From Octopus sinensis (taxonomy: Eukaryota), in assembly GCF_006345805.1 (NCBI RefSeq), contig NW_021835646.1:1-26031 (forward strand): a stretch of 26,031 bases of DNA, written 5' to 3'. Shown here piece after piece: positions 11,422-21,305 of the stretch; the first letter of the stretch is position 1; each line of letters starts with the position of its first letter. Position numbers and translations under genes: made by a program. Under the pieces are notes generated by a model. The model ran no database searches. It saw only the letters and a program-made list of their open reading frames with translations, and was not told where the DNA came from.

Positions 11422-12006
11422 GGATCTTTTCAGTTTCTGTGAAAGAATTGGAAATTTTAAAATGAAGAGACTAGTTATAAATTTGAGATATTGGTGCAAT
11501 TTTTCACACTGAATCCAAATTTGGATTTCATTTATTTCATAAAAGATACTTTGAAATCTGTTACAAATGTTCAAAGTTTGATCATTTTAAGCCAATCAGA
11601 AAACAGGAATCGGAAGTTAGCATTTTCTGCGTGATAGCTTGCTGTCACAAAATGATTCACGTCAAAGTTTTTAGTGTTGGTTGTAGCGGTGAAAGTGTCA
11701 TTCATGCAAGTACAGCGTCTTTGTTACAACCAATGCAAGGCATACTAGAGTTTTGCTTGTTACTATGGAAATAGACATCACTGTGATATTTACGGTCATG
11801 TGCATAAAGGTGGCCTTCGGTTGGCTAAGCTCACCCAATATTTTTCAAACTTTAAAAGCTATTAACTTTTTAGTTATTAATTTATGGCAAAAAGGAATGC
11901 CATTTTCATAATTAGCATACAAAACTAAATCGGTATTATTAGATTTGAAAACAACTGGAATAGAATTGAAAAAATACGAAATCTGTGACAGCAACTGAAA
12001 AGATCC
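11422..12006. mobile_element. Non-autonomous TIR DNA transposon (585 bp) nested in a SINE family A copy
   Basis: Perfect 14-bp TIR ggatcttttcagtt / aactgaaaagatcc, extendable to 25 bp with 3 mismatches. TSD ttttatc at 11415-11421 and 12007-12013. The SINE sequence resumes on both sides. Confidence 0.9.
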
Positions 12007-12420
12007 TTTTATCAACTGTGAAAGGCAAAGTTGATCACCGCGATATTTGAACTTTGAACGTAAAGAAGCAGAAAGTGTAACGCTGTAACGATTCTACAAA
12101 ACTCTTCGCCTCGAAATAACTGTTTCTAATTTAAAACGCAAGTACTAATTCCGCAGCGAAAGGTATCCCCACGTTCCACTGTACACGAACGTGCTAAATA
12201 TGATTGATCATGATAGTATTTTATTCAATACTGATTCTTGCGATTGTAGTTAAGTTCAGCTTGACCAAGCTTTACACATATCAGCGAAGTACATTATTTA
12301 CATTATTTACATTTGACAGATATTTGTCCTAATCTTGTTTATTGTTAACACAGCGTTTCGGGGAAATTTCGAACCTGGGTTCTCATTCCTAAGGTATTTT
12401 TTGATGCTGTTATTATTATT

Positions 12421-12964
12421 GAGTGAGCGAGCAGAGCATGCCATCAAAGTGACACTGGGGTAAAATATACGAAGCCCAGTATACCCATCATGACTACCCG
12501 TCTGATAAGGGTACACCAGGCACATGCATCACAACCATATGTGCGCGACATGGTGATCTCATATCAAGATAAACAGCACATGACCTTGCAGGTGGAGCCC
12601 AGTTAGAATTTTCTTCAGATCGAGTAACCCATCCCGCTCAAAAGGTCCCTGAATAAGGGTTGTTTAAGGACGTTGAACGAAACACCTATGTTTCCAGAGG
12701 TGAATTATTCAAACCCCAAAGAATCCTTCTCAACACATGGCTATGATGCTCCCCCACTACTTCTGCTCGTGATCAGAGATGCACATATCGTCAGCCACTA
12801 AGGGGCATGCTCAACTGGTTAAGGTCAAACAACTGACAAGCAAATCTGTGGTATTGAGCAGAATATTTGCTGTAGCCCATCTTTTATACCAAGACAAAAC
12901 AATGTACATGATAACATTGAGCAGAATATTTGCTGTAGCCCATCTTTTATACCAAGACAAAACA

Positions 12965-12966
<2 letters not shown>
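12421..12966. mobile_element. Retroelement-like fragment inserted in an (ATT)n tract
   Basis: High-complexity 546-bp block with (ATT)n on both sides, splitting the left arm of the inverted dimer. It has an internal exact 51-bp duplication. Confidence 0.65.
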
Positions 12967-13000
<34 letters not shown>

Positions 13001-13004
<4 letters not shown>

Positions 13005-13075
13005 TCACTGCTTTGAATTGAACTCGGAATCTTGGAGTTAGTAGCCCACGCTCTTAATCACTGCGCCATATGTCC
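13001..13075 (-). other. tRNA-derived head (Pol III A/B boxes); not a functional tRNA
   Basis: Minus strand reads ggacatatggcgcagtgattaagagcgtgggctactaactccaagattccgagttcaattc. A box at 13058-13068, B box at 13015-13025; the cloverleaf stems are imperfect. Confidence 0.7.
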
Positions 13076-13154
13076 GTGGGTATATGACATAGTGGTAAAT
13101 AATAACATCAAAAAGTACCTTGGGAATGAGAACCCAGGTTCGAAATTTCCCCAA

Positions 13155-13200
13155 GACACCTGATGAAGGCTGGAGGGTATATCAGCCGAAATGTTGTGTT
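13155..13200 (+). ncRNA. Minimal type I hammerhead ribozyme motif
   Basis: gacac-CTGATGA-a-ggctg-(gagggtatat)-cagcc-GAAA-tg-TT-gtgtt. Stems I and II and both core boxes are in register. The helix III palindrome aacgtt appears mutated to aatgtt. Confidence 0.75.
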
Positions 13201-13439
13201 AACAACAAACAAGATGAGGACAAATATCCGTCAAATGTAAATCATGTAAATAATTCCTTATCTCTTAAATATAGAACTGTAATATCAGCAAAGGTTCTAT
13301 TTTCTGTTCTTATATATGAAAGGTATTTTTCTTATAGGTTCATAAAACACAAAGTCGGTATCCGTTGCCCCAATCCCTGTTCATAACAACATCATCATCA
13401 TCAACAACAGCAACAACAATAGTAATAAGAAGAAGAATC

Positions 13440-13582
13440 TATTCTTCTGAAATTTGGGGGAGGGGGTAGTCGATTACATCGCCCCCAGTACCCCACTGGT
13501 ACTTATTTCATCGACCTCGAAAGGATGAAAGGCAAACTCGATGTCGGCGGAATTTGAACTCAGAACGTAAAGAACCGCCGGA
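13440..13582 (-). mobile_element. SINE family A copy (5'-truncated)
   Basis: gtcgattacatcgcccccagtac...tcgacctcgaaaggatgaaaggcaaactcg..gtcggcggaatttgaactcagaacgtaaa. Confidence 0.85.
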
Positions 13583-13586
13583 GATA

Positions 13587-13591
<5 letters not shown>

Positions 13592-13630
<39 letters not shown>

Positions 13631-13638
13631 TTTGTCGT

Positions 13639-13676
<38 letters not shown>

Positions 13677-13813
13677 ATATATATGTATATGTATATATAC
13701 CTACACACACACACACTCACAGACTCAGACACAGACACGCACACACACACATACACACAGACAGACAGACAGACAGACACACACACACACACATACACAC
13801 ACACACACACACA
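13592..13813. repeat. (GT)n-(TA)n-(CA/CAGA)n compound microsatellite
   Basis: Direct reading. Confidence 0.95.
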
Positions 13814-14406
13814 TCATGCCAGAGAAGATAAAGCCAAGCATAAGATAGAAGAACAATTACAGAATGGTATGCCAAACATTTGGCGCTGGAAAAGTTTTCG
13901 ATTGGGTTAGATTTAGTGTGTCAGGCAAAGCAGACTAGTTTTAGACCAATGAGAGCGAAATCTCGCCTGAAATAACTATGTCCATAAAAAGCTGAATTTA
14001 ATGGAGTCTAAACACCACGAATACTAAAAAAAGAAGAAAATTGTAATAAAATTAGCAATTAAATTGAAGTGAAGTATATTTGAGGAGAGCGTAGATGATT
14101 TAGTTTCTTTGGTGGCCTTTCGTAATGACTGGAAAGAAACACGTACAAACATGACAGGATGCCAAGGTATGTTTAGGAAAGATTATGGCGACAGGAGAGT
14201 ATAAATGAACGAATGGCTATTACGGTTTTAGAAGGACGTACTGGTTTCTGTGGCGGCCTTATTCGTTATAAATACATACATAAGTGCAAGCATAAACACA
14301 GGTCACACACACACACTCTCTCTCTCTTTTACACGAACATATTTACACACAGGCATTCACGCATTCGCACACGTCTCTCTCTCTCGCTCTCTCTCTTTAT
14401 ATATAT

Positions 14407-14614
14407 CAAAATGTGACCTCGTGTGTACCGTTGGCGATTTTTTTCCTCTGTCTTCCCTTCTCTGGATCTTTCCTTCTCCTATGTTTCCGACGAAGAGCTC
14501 CGCTCGAAACGTTAAACCCTCCTTCTTTCCTTCTTTCCTGAGCGTCCAATAATACTATATTTGTTCCACGTCCTCGCGTTGTGTTTTTTTGTGCTTTCTT
14601 GGTTGGATTAACTT
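14407..14614 (+). mobile_element. ~208-bp pyrimidine-rich element in (TA)n carrying a minimal hammerhead; Penelope pLTR-like
   Basis: TA repeats on both sides; HHR motif at 14483-14517. Confidence 0.7.
14483..14517 (+). ncRNA. Minimal type I hammerhead ribozyme motif (U4C core variant)
   Basis: gttt-CCGACGA-a-gagc-(tcc)-gctc-GAAA-cg-TT-aaac. Perfect 4-bp stems I and II, and palindromic aacgtt in place of helix III. Confidence 0.7.
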
Positions 14615-14652
14615 TATATATATATATATATATATATATAAATATATATATA

Positions 14653-14685
<33 letters not shown>

Positions 14686-15135
14686 CTATGTACAACACAA
14701 ATCAGAGGAACTGAAATAAATTTCATGTTATATACCCTGGATGAGGGTGTGGAAGAAGAGTGCAAACATATTTCTTATATGCTTTTAACGTGTAATAAAA
14801 ACAAACAAAAAAACAAAAAAAGAAAGAAAGGAAGAAAGAGAGGAGAGTTTTCTGACGGACCGTTGCATGTTTTCTTTCTTTCTGCCTCTCCTCAGAGTAG
14901 ACGGAGCAGTCTTCCTTCGTCAACCAATGGTATAGAATTTTACACTGCTAGTATGTGTAGTAGTCACACGAAATTCCACGAAATATTGGAGGTAAGGTAG
15001 TGTCTTCATTTGTTATAGGGAATAAAGAAACCTTCGATTAACTGAGATTATCCATGCAATAAGTAAACAGTAAGTAAACAAATAGCTAATATTACGAACC
15101 AATAACATTTTGTTGAGAATACAAGAACTTAGTCC

Positions 15136-15292
15136 ACCTTTACGTTCTGAGTTCAAATTCCGCCGAGGTCGACTTTGTCTTTCATCCTCTGGGGGTCGAT
15201 AAAAGAAGTACCAGTTGAGTACTGGGGTCGATTTAATCGACTTGTCGTCCCCTGCTCCGAAATTGTTGGCCTTGTGCCAAAAGTTAAAACTA
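15136..15292 (+). mobile_element. SINE family A copy (5'-truncated)
   Basis: ttacgttctgagttcaaattccgccgaggtcgactttgtctttcatcctctgggggtcgataaa...ggccttgtgccaaa. Confidence 0.88.
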
Positions 15293-15839
15293 ACATTTGA
15301 GTTCAATTACGACGCCAGTATCATAGGCAACAACGTCTGTAATAACAGGAAATTTTAAAAAGTGCGTTGGACAATTACTGCCTCCACTCTGTTTCCTGGT
15401 TTCCATAGCATATAAGTGGCCGAGATCACATCACTCCCCAGAACGGGACGCTAATCCGTTGCAAGGTTTCTCATTTAAAGCTAAGCGGACTGTCTGAGAA
15501 TCGAAACCATGATCTAACTACAGTCCAACCACCGTGCTATGCGCAGTCACGTGAGAGCAGAGGTTCTCCATTAATTCAGGATGAATTTGAAGTGCAGCGG
15601 TACCAATCTTGATTTCCGATTGTCAGAGCGTTTAGAATGACACCCTACCCCACCAACGATTGGCTGCGCAAGTCACAGAAAAAGGACGATGGTGGGGAAG
15701 GGAATAAACAAAAGATGGAACCTAAAGCGAAGACGGAAATGTAGCTGAGTTGTTGAAAAGTAATTTTCTACTTCCGTGATTTCAGGTTTAATCGTAGAAT
15801 ACGGTACCTCAGGTATGAGAGGAGGCCAGAGTTGACATA

Positions 15840-16206
15840 GAGCTAAACAACCCAGAGAGCTTCTACGGGAAGGTCATTTCTGGAAAAAAAACTTAGACCG
15901 TTTTCTGTTATCGCCTCGGGTCAACCGGATCCTCGGGAATGGAAATTGGTAGACGGAAACTACACAACCAGGACTAGACAACAAGGGAGCTCCAACAGGA
16001 TGGTCATGGCCGGAATAACTTTGATAGTTTTTTTATCATAGTCTTGAATTGATCGGTGCCTAGTGGTTGAAATTTACTTGACGCAAAATAAACAGCCAGA
16101 ACTAAGCAACCAAAAATTTTCTACGGGAGAGTCATGGCTGGAATAAATTTAATCCTCTTCTCTCTTAACCTCGGCCTTATGATTGAAATTTGCTAGACGG
16201 AAACTA
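15840..16206 (+). repeat. Three degenerate ~110-130-bp tandem units
   Basis: cta.acaac ... gtcat..ctggaa ... gaaatt..t.gacg.aaa recurs starting near 15843, 15974 and 16102. Confidence 0.6.
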
Positions 16207-16737
16207 TCCGGAAGCCTGTCGGTGAGACTTTTTCCTAGGGTTGTATACTTAATCCGTTTCCCTATTCAACTGCGCTCTCTCCTCTTCAACTGCCTTCAAC
16301 AAACTCCATATTGTTACAAGCTTTCGGGATAGGTCTCCTGTTTGAGGCGAACTCCCCCCCATCTTCTTTCACCTCACCAGTTTGGGTGGGGGTGGAGGAG
16401 CCCTAAAAGGGATCATAAATACTACCCTTCCTACTCTGACTATGCCATTAAAAAAGATAAATCAAGAGAAACGTGGGGCTTTTCTTCGAGGCAGGTGTTG
16501 TGTAAACGAGGTAAGAACCAGCTTAGAGACGACGGCCGTAGCCAAGAATAGATAAAAAAAACAAACAAAACAAAACAAAACGGCCTTTCTATGAATCGCC
16601 AGCTTTTCTCTTTTTTTTAATCCTATTTTCTTTTTCAGGAAAATAAAACAAAACACGGCTGATGCCGTTCAACAGTCTATAGAAATTCTTTGCCAACAAA
16701 GAACCAAGGTTCCTTATTTTCGTTCTTTCCTCCTTTC

Positions 16738-16942
16738 TTTTCTTCTTCTTCTTCTTCTTCTTCTTCTTCTTCTTCTTCTTCTTCTTCTTCTTCTTCTTCT
16801 TCTCTTCTTCTTCTTCTTCTTCTTCTTCACACGCTCACTCTTCTTTTTCTTCTTCTTCTTCTTCTCTTCTTCTTCTTCTTCTTCACACGCTCACTCTCAC
16901 TATGTATGTATGTATGTATGTATGTATGTATATATGTATGTA

Positions 16943-16997
<55 letters not shown>
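16738..16997. repeat. (CTT)n followed by (TATG)n/(TG)n
   Basis: Direct reading; cacacgctcactct occurs twice within the CTT tract. Confidence 0.95.
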
Positions 16998-16999
<2 letters not shown>

Positions 17000-17584
17000 T
17001 ACACCTGTCTGTCTTAATGTTATCCTTATTTCTCTGCAGTGCTACAACTCTTCTATTCATCAATAAACAGCCCCTCCCTTGCCTATGTGTGTGTGTGTGT
17101 GTGTGTGTGCCTTTGTCCCTTTATTTCCACCTCACATTTCAACATCTTCCACAAAGACAACCGCCGCAGGCCGACGGCGCTTCTGACACGTGGCTTCGAA
17201 TTACTTGCTCTTTTGTAAGGAGAAACAGGTCGCCGCCGTCTCCCAACAGCTGCATTATCTCTGCATTATAAACTTTAGCCTTACTCCGCCCCGCTTTATT
17301 TACTTATTTGGTATCGTTCTCTCGCCCATCTGTGCCTGAGCATTGAGATGAAGAAAGAAACTGGATCATCGATATAGAAAGGGGAGGAGGAGGTAGGCGA
17401 GAAATTTAAATTTTTGTGTATTTCAGTATTTTAGAAAGGAAAGTATGACAGAACTGTCTTGTTGCCGTTTCCTTCATTTAAATCAATGCTTCTTAATCGG
17501 GGTCCTTATGGCACTTGGGTGGGGTTCCATTCTCTTATTTTTTTTGTTCTTTTACTTATTTCAGTCATTTTGACTGTGGCGAAT

Positions 17585-17931
17585 CTTCAAAGCAAATCAT
17601 GACAGCTGTCTTGTGTATGAGAAGACTGAGGCGGCTTGGGCATGTCAGGAGAAATGATGACCATCGAATCCCGAAGCAACTGCTCTTTGGAGAACTGGTC
17701 CAGGGCAAGAGACCAAGAGGAAGACCAAAACTGAGGTATATGGACACTTGCAAAACTAGTTTGTCCAAGTGTGAGGTGGATGTCAGCACCTGGGAAGAGA
17801 GGGCTGAGGAGAGAACAACATGGAGGACTGTGGTGAAGGAAGGAACTGCTTCGCTGGAGAGCAGCTACAGAAACAAACAAGTTGAGAAGCGTCAGCAGCG
17901 AAAGGGAAGCAGCAGAAATGCAGAGCACTGA
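17585..17931 (+). pseudogene. 3' fragment of an RTE-clade (BovB-like) LINE reverse transcriptase ORF
   Basis: RRLRRLGHVRRNDDHRIPKQLLFGELVQGKRPRGRPKLRYMDTCKTSL...WEERAEERTTWR matches the RLRWxGHVxRM..R.PK..LYGEL..GKR..GRP..R.KD...W...A..R..WR signature of RTE C-termini. The N-terminal ~20 aa of the listed ORF come from unrelated repeat fragments. Confidence 0.88.
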
Positions 17932-18253
17932 GAGCTACCCTCTCGGTATACGGCAAATTGGATGAGTGAGACAGTCGGACGAAATGTAGTTCGCTGTTTG
18001 CTTCGGATGTGTAAGTCCTGTAGATGAAATCTGGCCAAAGTAAACTTTGTATTTCGTCCTTCCGGATCGATAAATCAGATGACAGTCAAATATAGAACAT
18101 TATTTCTCTCGTGTCCCTTTCTTTCGAGATGGAGAACGGGTAAGTGAGGGGTTTGCGTCCTTTCCTCATAGGAAAACTGGAACTGTTCAAAGATGGTGTG
18201 AAATACTGAACGGAAATAATGTGTTTGAATGTTTTGGTTACATACATAGATAC

Positions 18254-18439
18254 TTTTTTATCTTTTGTTTCAGTCATTGGATTGTGGCCATGCTGGGGCA
18301 CTGCCTTGAAGAAATTTGGCGAACACATCGATCCCAGTGCTTTTATTCTATCGGAGTATTTTGACGAGCCGCTCGGTTACAGAGATGTAAACAAACCAAC
18401 AACGGTTGTCAAACGGAGATGGGTGGCGACAAGCACACA

Positions 18440-18492
<53 letters not shown>

Positions 18493-18597
18493 TGTCGTCC
18501 ACCAAATTCACTTACGAGGCATTGGTCAGTGTGGAATTGTTGTAGAAAACATTTGCCTAAGGTGCAGCGTAGTGGGACAGAACCTGAAACCACGTGG
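18254..18597 (-). mobile_element. SINE family B copy with internal (CA)n
   Basis: gtttcagtcattggattgtggccatgctggggcactgcc ... tttgcctaaggtgcagcgtagtgggacagaacc. Confidence 0.85.
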
Positions 18598-18599
18598 TA

Positions 18600-18940
18600 A
18601 TAGGGTTACAGTGGCCCTCCGTCGGTTACGACGATGTGAGTTCCAGTAGATCCGATCAACAGAACAGCCTGATGCTCGTGAAATTAACGTGCAAGTGGCT
18701 GAGTACTCCACAGACCTGTGTATCCTTAATGTAGATCTCAGGGAGATTCAACGTGGCCCCGAATGTGACAAGGCTGGCCCTTTAGAATTACAGGTACAAC
18801 TCATTTTTGCCCGTTGAATGGTCAGTAGCAACGTGAAATAAAGTGCCTTGTCCAAGGACATAACGCGCGGCCGTGAATTGAACTCATGACCATACGATCG
18901 TGAGCCGAAGACCGTAACCATTAAGCCACGTGCCTCCACG
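18600..18940 (-). mobile_element. tRNA-derived SINE family C
   Basis: Minus-strand head gtggaggcacgtggcttaatggttacggtcttcggctcacgatcgtatggtcatgagttcaattc (A and B boxes), followed by gtgtccttggacaaggcacttt-like sequence. Confidence 0.8.
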
Positions 18941-18944
18941 GCAT

Positions 18945-19120
18945 GGCATTAGTCGATATCATCGACTTGAATTAGTACTTTATTTTAATGTACTTAATTG
19001 GTACTTTATTTTAATGACCTGTAAAGGATGAGAGGCAAAACCAGCCACGGCAGGATTTGAAATCAGAATATAAAGAGCCTGGAATTTTATCCGATGCCTA
19101 CGATTCTCTCAGGCACCACC
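18945..19120 (-). mobile_element. Diverged SINE family A copy
   Basis: agtcgatatcatcgac...ggtactttattttaatgacctgtaaaggatgagaggcaaa...ggatttgaaatcagaa. Confidence 0.7.
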
Positions 19121-19731
19121 CTATTCTAACCAATATATTTAATACGAATTAAGCAGATAACGCTTTTATTCAAGTGCCAGTCCAATTGCAGACTGGTCTG
19201 AACCCCCGCCCACCACGACCACCACCACTAAGGAGAAGTCATGGGTGACGGTGGTTTCACTGAACATTAGTATTCATTTGTAATCTTGCATTTAACCCGG
19301 TGTTCGTGCTTAATGGAGATGCCAAGAGATTTAAAACCAGAACAAACAACAGCTGAACGTCTTACTGGAAGATCTCTTTAGAGAGCTGTCAGTCTAAAAT
19401 TGATTTATAGTCGAATATGACACTGTAGTATTTAACAATATCAAATCGCCATTAAAGACCGCGCTGTCACATCTAACCTTTGACTGGATATTTTCTATAG
19501 GACAGTTTCGTTTAGAAAACCCCAATTTCTGCTCCCCCCCAATCCACGTCAGTTGCTATTTATTCACCCGTCCTCCTTGGTTATTATCCATCTAGTCTTC
19601 CTCACTGAGATAGCGAATGATAACAAATAAATCCCAATCAAAACAGTCATTTTTCCCGTGTCCAATTTCTGATCTGACATCAATTCATAATTACTAAAAC
19701 TTTTTATTTTATTTATATTATTTTATTGATA

Positions 19732-19953
19732 GGCGCAGGAATGGCTGTGTGGTAAGAAGCTTGCTTCCCAACCACAGTGGTTCCGGGTTCAGTCCCACTG
19801 CATGGCACCTTGGGCAAGTGACTTCTACCATAGCCTCGAGCCGACCAAAGCCTTGTGAATGGATTTTGGATTTGATCGACGGAAACTGAAAGAACCCCGT
19901 CGTATATGTATGTATATATATATATATATGCACACACACATAAGCATATATAT

Positions 19954-20035
<82 letters not shown>

Positions 20036-20056
20036 ATATGCACACACACACATACC

Positions 20057-20097
<41 letters not shown>

Positions 20098-20322
20098 TGT
20101 GCGTGCGTGTGTATGTGTGTATATGTTTGTGCGTTTGTGCCCCCAACATTGCTTGATAACCGATGGTGGTGTATTTATGTCTCCGTAAGTTAGCGGTTTG
20201 GCAAAAGAGAGGAGATAGAATAAGTACTAGGCTTACCAAGAATAAGTGCTGGGGTCGATTTGCTCGACTAAAGGCGATGCTCCAGCATGGCCGCAGTCAA
20301 ATCGCTGAAACAAGTAAAAAAA
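19732..20322 (+). mobile_element. tRNA-derived SINE family B, full length, with expanded internal (TA)/(TG) microsatellite
   Basis: ggcgcaggaatggctgtgtggtaagaagc (A box), gggttcagtccc (B box), accttgggcaagtg, and 3' end ctccagcatggccgcagtcaaatcgctgaaacaagtaaaa. Confidence 0.92.
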
Positions 20323-20669
20323 TGAGTAATGACTAATATGAACAATTTCCTCTCTCTGACTGCATGGAATGTAAATCTATCAGGAAAAGAACCATTCCAA
20401 CAGATCGCGAAGAAGCTACAAAGAATATTTTAGGTTGAGTTTTTAGATTTAATCGAGTTTCGTTAATATGTCGCGTGCTATTTTTCCATGATCCTCTTTC
20501 GTTTGACCTAGATATTGTATTTTCTGATCTTTCTGATGTCCAAGGATGGATATCGATGTCTCTGAGAGTGTCTTTCAAATGTTACTTTGGAGAACTGAAG
20601 AGGCAAATTTGCTTTATTTCGTCTTACTCATTTTGTGCCACCTAAATTTCTCTTTCGTATGCTCTAAAC

Positions 20670-21004
20670 CATAGGTTCTCAAAGTGGGCGCTATCGCCCC
20701 CCGGTGGATGTTGAGACGGTCTAAGTGGGCACTGGTGCCTAAGGGAGTGGGGGCGGTAGAGAAAAAGGAGGCGCTGGGAGGAAGGCATTGAATTGGGAGG
20801 GGACACTATAAATTTATTATGATATCATTATAGAATTGTATACAAACCATATAATATTAGATTAGATATCAAATGATTCATAGTATATATAAATTAGTAA
20901 AATATAAAATTTTTATTTATACATAAAAATAGGGGTGGGGGCGCTGAGGGTATTATGTGGCCATGGGTTGGGGAGCGGTGGCCCCAAAAGTTTGAGAACC
21001 TCTG
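20670..21004. mobile_element. hAT (Charlie-like) MITE, 335 bp
   Basis: TIRs cataggttctcaaa / tttgagaacctctg (13/14). 8-bp TSD ctctaaac (20662-20669) / ctctaaag (21005-21012). Confidence 0.88.
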
Positions 21005-21181
21005 CTCTAAAGGCGATATTTTACTGAAATATTGTTTTGAATACGTTATTGTTTTTAATGCATTTAAAGAAGGTCACTTGCTGATATAATAGACTTTGTA
21101 AGCGAGAGAACATATGTAAAAAATATAAAGTTTTCTCGAATTAAAAAATGCAGTAAATATTACTCATTATGCCCCTCCCTA

Positions 21182-21305
21182 ACTTATTTTATCGACTCCC
21201 GAGCGGATGAGAAGTAAAGTCGACTCCGGCGGAATTAGAACTCAGAACGTTAAATCGGACGAAATGTCGCCAAACATTAGGTTCGGCGTGCTAACGATTC
21301 TGCTA
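21182..21305 (-). mobile_element. SINE family A copy
   Basis: acttattttatcgactcccgagcggatgagaagtaaagtcgactccggcggaattagaactcagaacg...gctaacgattctgc. Confidence 0.82.

Larger units (their letters stand above)
12290..13281. mobile_element. Head-to-head inverted dimer of a tRNA-headed, hammerhead-bearing (Penelope-like) non-autonomous retroelement
   Basis: 12293-12420 is the reverse complement of 13097-13255 except for a 35-nt deletion. The symmetry axis is at 13076-13077. Flanking direct repeats are atatcagcgaag (12278-12289) and atatcagcaaag (13282-13293). Confidence 0.75.

Noticed and set aside
13001-13075. Functional tRNA gene
   Set aside because: The acceptor and anticodon stems pair poorly and it is embedded in a repeat; treated as a tRNA-derived head.
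20333-20578. 81-aa minus-strand ORF with faint resemblance to an RTE C-terminus (KDTLRDIDI...W)
   Set aside because: The similarity is too weak, the start is non-ATG, and no splice or domain evidence is visible.
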